NCBI GenBank assembly: GCA_040770465.1 | Contig: JAXGJB010000001.1 | Coordinates: forward strand, 32,001-96,000 | Length of the DNA stretch: 64,000 bases | Direction of reading: 5' to 3' | From: Methanothrix sp. | Lineage (GTDB): Archaea; Halobacteriota; Methanosarcinia; Methanotrichales; Methanotrichaceae | Shown here: positions 29,128 through 37,756 of the stretch, piece after piece | Position numbering within the stretch: position 1 is the stretch's first letter | How the letters are laid out: each line of letters begins with the position of its first letter | Notes under the pieces: model-generated | The model's input: the letters and a program-made list of their open reading frames with translations, nothing else | Database searches by the model: none | Told to the model about the DNA's origin: nothing | Position numbers and translations under genes: made by a program

Positions 29128-30378
29128 TTGTCCAGTCAATCCAACTTGCACAAAAAACCGGCCGTGAACATAGGCATGGTGGGCCATGTCGACCACGGCA
29201 AAACGACCCTGGTAAGAGCCCTTTCAGGGGTGTGGACCGACCAGCACAGCGAGGAGATAAAGAGGGGGATCTCCATCAGGCTCGGCTACGCCGACGCTAC
29301 ATTCAGAAGATGTCCAAACTGCCCCGAGCCTGAAGCCTTCACCGTGGAGGAGACCTGCCCTGCTTGCGGCTCTCCGAGTGAGGTCCTCAGGACTGTATCT
29401 TTCGTCGACTCTCCCGGCCACGAGACTCTGATGGCGACGATGCTCTCGGGCGCTGCCATCATGGACGGCGCGGTCCTGATCATCGCCGCCAGTGAGCCCT
29501 GCCCCCAGCCCCAGACCAAAGAGCATCTCATGGCCCTGGACATAACCGGCATCGACAAGATCGTCATCGTCCAGAACAAGATCGATCTCGTCTCCAGGGA
29601 GAGGCTGATCGAGCACTACAACGAGATCAAGAAGTTCGTAAAGGGTACCGTCGCCGAGAACGCCCCGATCGTCCCCATATCGGCCCAGCAGAACGTGAAC
29701 ATCGACATGGTGATCCAGGCGATAGAAGAGACGATCCCGACGCCTGAGAGGGACGTGGAAAAGCCGGCCCTCCTCAAGATCGCTCGATCCTTCGACGTCA
29801 ACCGCCCCGGAACCTTGCCAGATAAGATCGTCGGCGGGGTCATCGGAGGCACCCTCACCCAGGGTTTGCTCAAGCCCGACGATCCCCTCGAGATCAAGCC
29901 TGGCAGGTCGGTGGAGTCGGAGGGTAGGAAGGCGTGGGTTCCCATCGAGACGAAGGTGACGGCGCTTATGGCGGGAGGCGGCCCCCAGGATGAGGTCACC
30001 CCCGGCGGCCTGATCGGTGTCGGGACCCAGCTGGACCCCGCCCTCACCAAGAGCGACCTTCTGGTGGGCCAGGTGGCGGGATTTCCGGGAACGCTCCCCC
30101 CCGTCTGGAACAGCTTCACCATGAAGATAAGGCTCCTGGAGAGGGTTGTGGGGGCCATGGACGAGGCCGACGTCGAGCCGATTCACACGAGCGAGCCGTT
30201 GATGCTGAACGTCGGCACCGCCACCACCGTCGGTGTAGTCTCCAGCGCCAGAGAAGGCGGTATGGTGGAGGTCCAGCTGAGAAGGCCGGTCTCTGCCGCC
30301 CTGGGCGACAGGGTCGCCGTGAGCAGGCGGATAGGCGCAAGATGGCGGCTGATCGGCGTCGGCACCATAAACAAATAG
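29128..30378 (+). CDS. eif2g: Translation initiation factor aIF-2 gamma
   Basis: [13 protein letters not shown], Zn ribbon, DSPGH, NKID, WRLIG. Confidence 0.97.
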   Translation: MSSQSNLHKKPAVNIGMVGHVDHGKTTLVRALSGVWTDQHSEEIKRGISIRLGYADATFRRCPNCPEPEAFTVEETCPACGSPSEVLRTVSFVDSPGHETLMATMLSGAAIMDGAVLIIAASEPCPQPQTKEHLMALDITGIDKIVIVQNKIDLVSRERLIEHYNEIKKFVKGTVAENAPIVPISAQQNVNIDMVIQAIEETIPTPERDVEKPALLKIARSFDVNRPGTLPDKIVGGVIGGTLTQGLLKPDDPLEIKPGRSVESEGRKAWVPIETKVTALMAGGGPQDEVTPGGLIGVGTQLDPALTKSDLLVGQVAGFPGTLPPVWNSFTMKIRLLERVVGAMDEADVEPIHTSEPLMLNVGTATTVGVVSSAREGGMVEVQLRRPVSAALGDRVAVSRRIGARWRLIGVGTINK

Positions 30379-30426
30379 ATGTATGGGGTCTCTCGAGCTC
30401 TTAATTGACGGGGTGCTGAAAGCCGC

Positions 30427-30825
30427 ATGAAGGTGCTCCTCGACACCAACGCCCTCATGGTTCCAGGTCAGTTCCGGATCGATATCTTCGACGAGCTGGA
30501 AGGTCTCGGATATCGGAGTTTCCTCGTGCCGCGCCCCGTCCTCTTCGAGCTTGAGGCTCTCGCCAGCCTCGCCGACACCCGGCGGGATCGGACCGCCGCA
30601 CGGATCGGCCTTGAGCTGGCAGGCCGGTGTGAGGTTGTCGAGGCGACCGGGGTGGCGGACGAGGTCCTCGTCGACCTCGCTCTGAAAGCAGGCGCAGCGG
30701 TCTTCACCAACGATAAAGAACTGAAGAAAAAGTTATCTAGTAGATGTGTTACCGTTATACACCTGCGCCAGAGACGACGCCTGGAGATCGCAAACAGAAA
30801 GGAGTTCCGATGTATAAGAAGATGA
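30427..30825 (+). CDS. PIN-domain protein (Fcf1/Utp24-like)
   Basis: LLDTNAL, ADE, FTNDKEL; conserved operon position. Confidence 0.88.
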   Translation: MKVLLDTNALMVPGQFRIDIFDELEGLGYRSFLVPRPVLFELEALASLADTRRDRTAARIGLELAGRCEVVEATGVADEVLVDLALKAGAAVFTNDKELKKKLSSRCVTVIHLRQRRRLEIANRKEFRCIRR

Positions 30826-31382
30826 AGCTGGAGGGGATAGTCAGGATACCTCCTGGCCAGATGGGCGACCCCCTCGAAGAAGCGGTGGAGATGGCGCTCA
30901 GAAACAAGTACGAGGCGAGGGTGGACAAGACCCTGGGCACCGTCGTCGCGGTGCTGGGGGTAGACGACATAGGCGAAGGGAGGATCCTGGCAGGAGATGG
31001 GGCGGTCTATTACGATGCGACCTTCGATGCTATAGTCTTCAAGCCCGAGATGCAGGAGATCGTCGAGGGCGAGGTGGTGGAGATCGTCAAGTTCGGCGCC
31101 TTCATAGGGATGGGACCTTTTGACGGGCTTCTTCACGTGAGCCAGATAACCAACGAGTATATATCGTACGATGAGAAGAATGCGCGGCTCGCGAGCAAAG
31201 ATTCGAACAAATCTCTCGACGAGGGGGATCGGGTCCGCGCCCGGATCATCGCCATCAGCCTCAACGAGAAAGAGCCCCGCGAGAGCAAGATCGGTCTCAC
31301 CATGAGGCAGACGGGCCTGGGAAAGATCGAGTGGCTGGAGGCTGCTCGGCGAAGGGAAGAGGCAGAGGTTGAATCGAGATGA
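30810..31382 (+). CDS. rpo7: RNA polymerase subunit Rpo7 (RpoE')
   Basis: VRIPP, GDGAVYY, FGAF..GPFDGLLHVSQI, KIGLTMRQ.GLG; ATG at 30810. Confidence 0.95.
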   Translation: MYKKMKLEGIVRIPPGQMGDPLEEAVEMALRNKYEARVDKTLGTVVAVLGVDDIGEGRILAGDGAVYYDATFDAIVFKPEMQEIVEGEVVEIVKFGAFIGMGPFDGLLHVSQITNEYISYDEKNARLASKDSNKSLDEGDRVRARIIAISLNEKEPRESKIGLTMRQTGLGKIEWLEAARRREEAEVESR

Positions 31383-31564
31383 CCGAACAGGCTTGCAGGG
31401 AGTGCCACAGGATCGTCGAGGGTCTGGTCTGTCCCATCTGCGGCTCCTCGTCCCTGAGCAAGGACTGGACCGGGTACGTCGTGATAATCGACCCCAAAGA
31501 GTCTGAGGTTGCAAAGAAGCTGGGGATAACCCTTCCAGGAAGGTACGCCCTGAAGGTGCGATAG
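31379..31564 (+). CDS. spt4: Transcription elongation factor Spt4 (RpoE'')
   Basis: ACRECH..CPICG..W.G...PGRYALKVR. Confidence 0.95.
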   Translation: MTEQACRECHRIVEGLVCPICGSSSLSKDWTGYVVIIDPKESEVAKKLGITLPGRYALKVR

Positions 31565-31566
31565 AT

Positions 31567-32103
31567 TTGAAGATATTGCGTCTTCCCGAGGAGCTCCGTT
31601 CCGAGCTGAAGCCCCCCCTGGGCAAGCTATTCAGAGGACGGGGACAGGAGTGCATAGCTCCCATGCAGGACCTCCTCCGGCCCGCGCCGAAGGTGATCGC
31701 CGTCGGCGACGTCACAACCTTCTGCCTGTTGTCCTCATCAGGCAGAAAGCCCGACATCTGCATCGTGGACAACAAGACGAAGAGGATGCCCGTGCCCGAT
31801 CACGTTCAGCAGGGTATCGGCGACCTCGACAGCTACGAGATCGTCGAGGTGGCCAACCCCGCGGCGACCCTCAGCCAGGAGCTGATCGACGTGATAAAGG
31901 ACCGGCTAGCCTCCGACGGACGGGTCAAGATCGTCGTCGACGGCGAGGAGGATCTCGCCACCCTCCCCGCCATCGTCTACGCGCCCCTCGGCTCGACGGT
32001 CGTCTACGGCCAGCCCAACGAGGGGAGCGTCGCTGTGGTGGTGACACCCGAGAGAAAGGAATATGCCAAGAGCATCATGGACAAGATGATTGTGGAGGAT
32101 TGA
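31567..32103 (+). CDS. GTP-dependent dephospho-CoA kinase (DUF359)
   Basis: VGDVT, VDNKTKR, NPA, VDGEEDL, YGQP. Confidence 0.9.
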   Translation: MKILRLPEELRSELKPPLGKLFRGRGQECIAPMQDLLRPAPKVIAVGDVTTFCLLSSSGRKPDICIVDNKTKRMPVPDHVQQGIGDLDSYEIVEVANPAATLSQELIDVIKDRLASDGRVKIVVDGEEDLATLPAIVYAPLGSTVVYGQPNEGSVAVVVTPERKEYAKSIMDKMIVED

Positions 32104-32104
32104 G

Positions 32105-32410
32105 ATGGAAATCAAGGTCATCGAGGAGAAGAACAACCCGTTGTTGAACAGGAGAGAGGTCAAGTTCGTCGTCGAGCACGATGGGCCCACCCCCTCAAGA
32201 AAGAATATCGTCGAGAAGATCGCCGCCACCATGAACTCGAAAGTAGGCCTGGTGATGGTGGACAGTCTCAGGTCCGAGTTCGGGAAGCGCGAGACCGTCG
32301 GATACGCCAAGATCTACGAGAACGAGGAGAGGGCGAAAGAGGTGGAGAGGGCTCACATCATCGCGAGGAACGTCCCCGCACCCGCCGCCGAGGCTGAGGA
32401 GTCGAGCTAA
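32105..32410 (+). CDS. rps24e: 30S ribosomal protein S24e
   Basis: NPLLNRRE, TPSR, FG...GYAKIY; ATG at 32105. Confidence 0.95.
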   Translation: MEIKVIEEKNNPLLNRREVKFVVEHDGPTPSRKNIVEKIAATMNSKVGLVMVDSLRSEFGKRETVGYAKIYENEERAKEVERAHIIARNVPAPAAEAEESS

Positions 32411-32560
32411 ATGGCGACAAACGAGTTTTACGAGGTCAGCGGCGACGCCATAAAGAGGAATAAACAGATCTGTCCCCGATGTGGAAACGGGGTATTCCTC
32501 GGAGAGCACAAGGACCGGCTCGCCTGCGGAAAGTGCGGATACACCGAGTTCAAGAAGTGA
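32411..32560 (+). CDS. rps27ae: 30S ribosomal protein S27ae (49 aa, absent from the ORF track)
   Basis: Manual translation: [49 protein letters not shown]. Confidence 0.95.
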   Translation: MATNEFYEVSGDAIKRNKQICPRCGNGVFLGEHKDRLACGKCGYTEFKK

Positions 32561-32569
32561 TCTTTCAGC

Positions 32570-32646
32570 GCCCCTTCCTGGCCTGGAAGGGGGCATGCCG
32601 CACTCTTTTGGCATGCGTTTGGCACTATGTTTGTCCTCTTTTTGTA
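32570..32646 (+). terminator. Two hairpins plus T-tract after rps27ae
   Basis: CCCCTTCC..GGAAGGGG and GCATGCC..GGCATGC, followed by CTCTTTTTGT. Confidence 0.5.
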
Positions 32647-32726
32647 CTCGTTTGAGTTGGGAAACCGTCCCCTTCATCCCGTTGGTTATTTAAACGGAGG
32701 AGGATTAACTACTTGAGGGTGTTTCT

Positions 32727-33500
32727 GTGGTTGACGCATCAGTTGTTTTTGTACCTCTGATCATAGTATTGCTGATACTCTACCAGGGGATAAGGATACC
32801 CCGGGAGTACGAGCGGCTCGTCGTCTTCAGGCTGGGCCGGTACAGCGGGATCAAGGGGCCGGGGATCACCATCATCATACCGGTGATCGATAGAGCAATC
32901 ACCATGGACCTGCGGGTGGTGACGATCGACGTCCAGAAGCAGGCGGTCATCACCAGGGACAACGTGACCGTGGACGTGGACGCCGTCCTCTATTATCGGG
33001 TCGTCGACCCCGACAGGGCGGTCATCCAGGTCGAGAACTACAGGGTTGCGACAAGCCTCCTCGCCCAGACGACCCTGAGGGACGTCCTCGGCGAGATCGA
33101 GCTCGACGACCTCCTATCGAAGCGAGAGGAGCTGAACGTCAAGCTCCAGGAGATCCTGGATCGGCAGACCGACCCCTGGGGTATCAAGGTCACTGCCGTC
33201 ACCCTCCGGGACGTGAGCCTTCCCGAGTCGATGCTCAGGGCCATCGCCAAGCAGGCCGAGGCCGAGAGGGAGAAGAGGTCGAGGATAATCCTCGCAGACG
33301 GCGAGTTTCAGGCTTCCGAGAGGATGGTTGATGCGGCGAAGCTCTATCAGGGAGCGCCTGTGGCCATCAAGCTGAGGGAGCTTCAGACCCTGGCCGAGAT
33401 AGCGAGGGAGAAGAACCTGATCGTAGTCACCTCCGGCGGCGAGGTCGGCGAGGCGACGGGAACGGTGGCGGGGCTCACCAAGGCCTTCGGTGAGGTATGA
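32727..33500 (+). CDS. Slipin/stomatin SPFH-domain protein
   Basis: YER.VVFRLG, ITRDNV, AQTTLR, DPWGIKV, QAEAERE.R. Confidence 0.93.
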   Translation: MVDASVVFVPLIIVLLILYQGIRIPREYERLVVFRLGRYSGIKGPGITIIIPVIDRAITMDLRVVTIDVQKQAVITRDNVTVDVDAVLYYRVVDPDRAVIQVENYRVATSLLAQTTLRDVLGEIELDDLLSKREELNVKLQEILDRQTDPWGIKVTAVTLRDVSLPESMLRAIAKQAEAEREKRSRIILADGEFQASERMVDAAKLYQGAPVAIKLRELQTLAEIAREKNLIVVTSGGEVGEATGTVAGLTKAFGEV

Positions 33501-34837
33501 AAAGATCAAGATCGGAGGGTTCGGCCTTGGCATCGGCATCGACCTCGCCCCTCTCCGGTCCGCCCCTCTCTTTTATCGTTCTGGCCGCCATCGCCGTCCT
33601 ATGCCTGGCGACCCCGGCCCTCGGCGAGCCTTCTGTGATGGTCGTCGCCCTGGACGACGCCATCACACCGGCAAGCGATGACATCGTCGCCGAGGCGATC
33701 GTCGAGGCGGAGGGGCGGGGGTGCGAGGCCCTGGTGATCACCCTGGACACGCCGGGCGGTGGCCTTTCCGAGACGAAGGAGATCACGAGCCTCATCGAGA
33801 GGACGAGCCTTCCCGTCATCGGGTACGTCTACCCCTCCGGCGCCACCGCCTGGTCTGCGGGGACGATCATCCTCCTCTCCTCGGACATCGCCGCCATGGT
33901 CCCGGGGACGATCATCGGCTCCGCCCAGCCGGTCCAGATCGGGCCGACGGGGACTGAGCCCGTCAATGACACCAAGGTGATAAACGCCGTCGTCGCCCTC
34001 GCCGAGGAGAAGGCGAGGACGAAAGGGAGGAACACCACGGCGGCCCGGGAGTTTGTAACAAGTAACCTCAACCTCAACGCCGAGGACGCCCTAAAATTCG
34101 GGGTCATCGAGGTCGTCAGCCCGAACCTCGAGTCCCTGCTCGACGACGTCGACGGCATGGAGGCGAAGAACCGCACGCTCGCCACCAGCGGCGCCGAGAT
34201 CGTCCGCTTCGTTCCGAGCTTCAGGCTCCAGGTCCTGGCCGTCCTCTCAGATCCCCTGCTGGCGGGGCTCCTCCTGATCGTCGGCCTCTACGCCCTCATC
34301 TTCGGCCTATCGAATCCGGGCCTGGGTGCTGAGCTGGTGGGCGTCATGACCCTGGCCCTCGGCCTCATAGGCCTTGGCTTTTCGGTGAACCTGGGCGCCC
34401 TCTTCCTGATCATCCTGGGGCTCGTCCTCCTCCTGGTTGAGCTGAACAGCCCCGGGTTCGGCCTGATGGGCGCGGCTGGGCTCGCCTGCATGATCGTCGG
34501 GTCGGTCCTCCTCGTCCCCATAGGCTCGACCGACTGGTACACCCCCGCCGAGTACAAGATGGACGCCTTCGTCGCCCTGGTCGTCCCCTCGCTCGTCATC
34601 GGGGCGTTCTTCGTCTTCGCCCTCTACAAGGTGGCGGAGGCGAAAAGAAGGCCCACCTACTCCGAGGTTATGGAGAGGGAGGTCGCAGAGGTCCTGGAGC
34701 GGATCGACCCGCGGGGGCACGTCATCTACAACGGCGAGTACTGGGCCGCCGAGTCTGAGGAGCCGATCGAGGCCGGGGAGACGGTCGAGGTGGTGGGGAA
34801 GGAGAGGATGGTGCTGAAGGTGAGGCGGAAGGGGTAG
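33497..34837 (+). CDS. nfeD: NfeD membrane-bound ClpP-class serine protease
   Basis: LDTPGG, AWSAG, IGSAQP, TM region, GEYWAAES OB domain; paired with slipin. Confidence 0.92.
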   Translation: MKRSRSEGSALASASTSPLSGPPLSFIVLAAIAVLCLATPALGEPSVMVVALDDAITPASDDIVAEAIVEAEGRGCEALVITLDTPGGGLSETKEITSLIERTSLPVIGYVYPSGATAWSAGTIILLSSDIAAMVPGTIIGSAQPVQIGPTGTEPVNDTKVINAVVALAEEKARTKGRNTTAAREFVTSNLNLNAEDALKFGVIEVVSPNLESLLDDVDGMEAKNRTLATSGAEIVRFVPSFRLQVLAVLSDPLLAGLLLIVGLYALIFGLSNPGLGAELVGVMTLALGLIGLGFSVNLGALFLIILGLVLLLVELNSPGFGLMGAAGLACMIVGSVLLVPIGSTDWYTPAEYKMDAFVALVVPSLVIGAFFVFALYKVAEAKRRPTYSEVMEREVAEVLERIDPRGHVIYNGEYWAAESEEPIEAGETVEVVGKERMVLKVRRKG

Positions 34838-35026
34838 GCGCGTGGAGGCGCGAGGTGGTGCGGGCTCGTGGCAGGCCTGGCCCTCTCACCACCGTTTTTG
34901 GGCGATCGCCGGGCGGCGCTAGACCTGATTGGCAGAAGTCTCGCACAGGGATCTGAGTCGTCAAAACTCGCGCCCCTTCCCGATTGACGAAACCTTTATG
35001 ATAAATGGGAACATTCGATAGCCTCA

Positions 35027-37636
35027 GTGAAAGACTTCTTTATCAGCTACACCAGCGCCGACGAAAAATGGGCAACGTGGATAGCCTGGCAGCTAGAGGT
35101 GGCGGGATACACCACCATCCTCCAGGCCTGGGATTTTCGGCCAGCGCACAACTTCATGATGGAGATGGATGAAGCCTCCAAAAAAACAGAAAGAACGATA
35201 GCCATTCTATCTCCTGATTATTTCGAATCCGACTTCTGTAAATTGGAGGCGTTTACCGCTCTCGTCGAAGATCCAGCGAGCAGGGCGGGGAAGCTGCTTC
35301 CGATACGAGTAAGAGAATTTGAGAAGAAGGGTCTTATGAGGTCAATCGTTTACATCGACTTGATGGGGCTGGAGGAAGAAGCAGCAAATAAGGCCCTCCT
35401 TGACGGTGTCAAGTTCGATCGGGTGCCGTCGCCGCCGCCGGGCTTCCCAGGCTTGCGGTCAGTGACGGAAAAGCCGCGTTTTCCTGGAGCTCTGCCGGAC
35501 GTCTGGAACGTCCCTTTTAACCGAAACCCTAACTTCACAGGCCGGAGATCCCTTTTGACCGATCTTCACGCAGCTCTGAACTCCGGTCAATACGCCGCTC
35601 TGACTCAGGCGATAGTCGGCCTCGGCGGCGTGGGCAAGACCCAGTTGGCGCTGGAGTACGTCTATAGCTACATCGACGACTACGAGATCGTCTGGTGGCT
35701 GCGATCTGAAGAGCCATCGACCCTGGTCGCCGATTACGTCGGCCTCGCCGCGGCTCTGAATCTGCCGGAGAGCCGCCTCGCAGATCAGAATATCGTCGTC
35801 GAGGCCGTAAGGCGCAAGCTCGGCCAGCTCGAAGGCTGGCTTCTGATATTCGATAACGCCGCGAAACCTGAACGTGTCGATCCTTACCTGCCCCAAGGAG
35901 GCCGGGGTCATGTGATTATCACCTCCCGGAATCCAAACTGGGGCGGTACCGCAAAGTCCCTCCCCGTCAACGTCTTTAGCCGGGACGAGTCGATTGAGTT
36001 CCTTTGTAAGAGAACCAGGCAGCAAGACGGCGCCGACGCTCTTGCTGACGCTCTTGGCGACCTGCCCCTCGCCCTTGAGCAAGCTGGGGCGTATATCGAT
36101 AGTACTATGATTACGCTTGCAGACTACCTCAAAAGGTTCCAACAAAAGAAAAATCAAATATTAAAGCGCTACAATCCTATCGCTTATTCCGGCACTGTAG
36201 GTACAACTTGGGAAATCTCATTCCAGCAGCTCCAAAATGAGTCTACTGTAGGCGCTAATATGCTCAACCTCATAGCGTTCCTAGCCTCTGACAACATACC
36301 TAAATCACTTCTCATAGAGGGAGCACTGGATCTTTTTGACCCCCTAGAAGCCGCAGCTTTAGCTATCATTGCCTTAGTTAATCCGGATGAAGGCATAAAA
36401 TCGCTAATCGATCCAATTAAGATTGACGATGCCATAGCGGCACTGAAAAAGTACTCGCTTGTGACTGTGACATACGATTACCTATCTGTCCACAAGCTTG
36501 TTCAGACTTCTACTCGCAATAGGATGGTCGAGGACGAAAAGACGAGGTGGGCCAAGGCTGCAATTCTGCTCATGAATAACACCTTTCCCAGAGAAAGCTA
36601 TGACATCCGGAAATGGCCTAAATGCTCGCTCTTATTACCCCACGCCTTAGTATCAGTGGACCATGCAATAACGCATAAAGTTGCTCCTGAAGCTGTAGCC
36701 AGCCTTTTAAATGAGGTTGGAATTTACCTACAAGAATTAGCTGATTATGCCAGGGCAAAGTTGGCCTTCGAGCGGACCCTTCGTATTCGCAAGCAGGTAC
36801 ATGGCTCTGACCATCCGGATGTGGCCATTGGGGCTAATAACCTTGGTGTATTATTACTAAAGATTAACGACCTACAAGGCGCAGTTAAATATTTCGAAGA
36901 GGCCCTGAGGATCTTCGAGAAAGAATACGGCCCGGATCATCCTAAATTGGGCGGTGTAATCAATAACATATCCGCGGCTCAGTTCGAAATGGGAAACTTC
37001 AAAGGTGCCAAGAAGAATGTTGTTAAGGCTATGAAGATCCATATGAAGTCGTTTGGCACAAATTCTGCTGAAGTGGCTAGCGACCTCAATAATCTCGGTT
37101 CAATCATGTGGAAAATGAAAAACTTTAGAAGTGCCAAAAAGATTCTTGAGCGTGCTCTCAAAATCGATGAGAACGTGTTCGGTCCCGACCATCCATCCGT
37201 AGCTAGGGATGCCAACAACCTCGGCCTAGTCCTACATGCTCTCTTAGAATATGAGAACGCAAAAAATTATCATGAGATTGCGATGCGTATTGAAAAGAAG
37301 CTGTACGGTGCCGACCATCCATACGTGGCCAGGGATGCCAACAACCTTGGCTCGGTTCTCGAAGATATGGGCGATCTGGAGAAAGCGAAGAATTATTACG
37401 AGCAAGCTATGCTTATAAATACGAAAGTATACGGTCCAGACAGCCGCGAAGTTGCGATGAACCTCAACAACCTCGGCAAGGTCCTGAATAGCATTGGCGA
37501 CCCTGCCGGCACCAAAAATTCTTTCGAGAGTGCATTAAAGATATTCCGAGAGATTCTGGGAGACGCTCATCCTGACACAGTGAAGGCACGAAATAATCTT
37601 GAGACTATAGATCGCTGCCTTAGAAGTAGATCTTGA
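35027..37636 (+). CDS. TIR - NB-ARC (STAND NTPase) - TPR protein
   Basis: DFFISY...LSPDYFESDFCKLE (TIR); RNPNFTGR, GLGGVGKT, LLIFDNA, IITSR, LPLAL (NB-ARC); ~7 42-aa GxDHPxVAxxxNNLG repeats. Confidence 0.92.
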   Translation: MKDFFISYTSADEKWATWIAWQLEVAGYTTILQAWDFRPAHNFMMEMDEASKKTERTIAILSPDYFESDFCKLEAFTALVEDPASRAGKLLPIRVREFEKKGLMRSIVYIDLMGLEEEAANKALLDGVKFDRVPSPPPGFPGLRSVTEKPRFPGALPDVWNVPFNRNPNFTGRRSLLTDLHAALNSGQYAALTQAIVGLGGVGKTQLALEYVYSYIDDYEIVWWLRSEEPSTLVADYVGLAAALNLPESRLADQNIVVEAVRRKLGQLEGWLLIFDNAAKPERVDPYLPQGGRGHVIITSRNPNWGGTAKSLPVNVFSRDESIEFLCKRTRQQDGADALADALGDLPLALEQAGAYIDSTMITLADYLKRFQQKKNQILKRYNPIAYSGTVGTTWEISFQQLQNESTVGANMLNLIAFLASDNIPKSLLIEGALDLFDPLEAAALAIIALVNPDEGIKSLIDPIKIDDAIAALKKYSLVTVTYDYLSVHKLVQTSTRNRMVEDEKTRWAKAAILLMNNTFPRESYDIRKWPKCSLLLPHALVSVDHAITHKVAPEAVASLLNEVGIYLQELADYARAKLAFERTLRIRKQVHGSDHPDVAIGANNLGVLLLKINDLQGAVKYFEEALRIFEKEYGPDHPKLGGVINNISAAQFEMGNFKGAKKNVVKAMKIHMKSFGTNSAEVASDLNNLGSIMWKMKNFRSAKKILERALKIDENVFGPDHPSVARDANNLGLVLHALLEYENAKNYHEIAMRIEKKLYGADHPYVARDANNLGSVLEDMGDLEKAKNYYEQAMLINTKVYGPDSREVAMNLNNLGKVLNSIGDPAGTKNSFESALKIFREILGDAHPDTVKARNNLETIDRCLRSRS

Positions 37637-37756
37637 ACGACAGCTATTTCGATCGCGTCTCCCCTTCCCCCATCCCACACTAAGCCGAATGCTATTACCT
37701 TCTTTCCTGAGATCAATAACCTTTAAACAATCCCCCGCCTTACCCTCCCCTCATCC

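Noticed and set aside
30427-30825. VapC toxin of a toxin-antitoxin pair
   Set aside because: It lies in the conserved aIF2g-PIN-rpo7 operon with no antitoxin; a housekeeping PIN protein.
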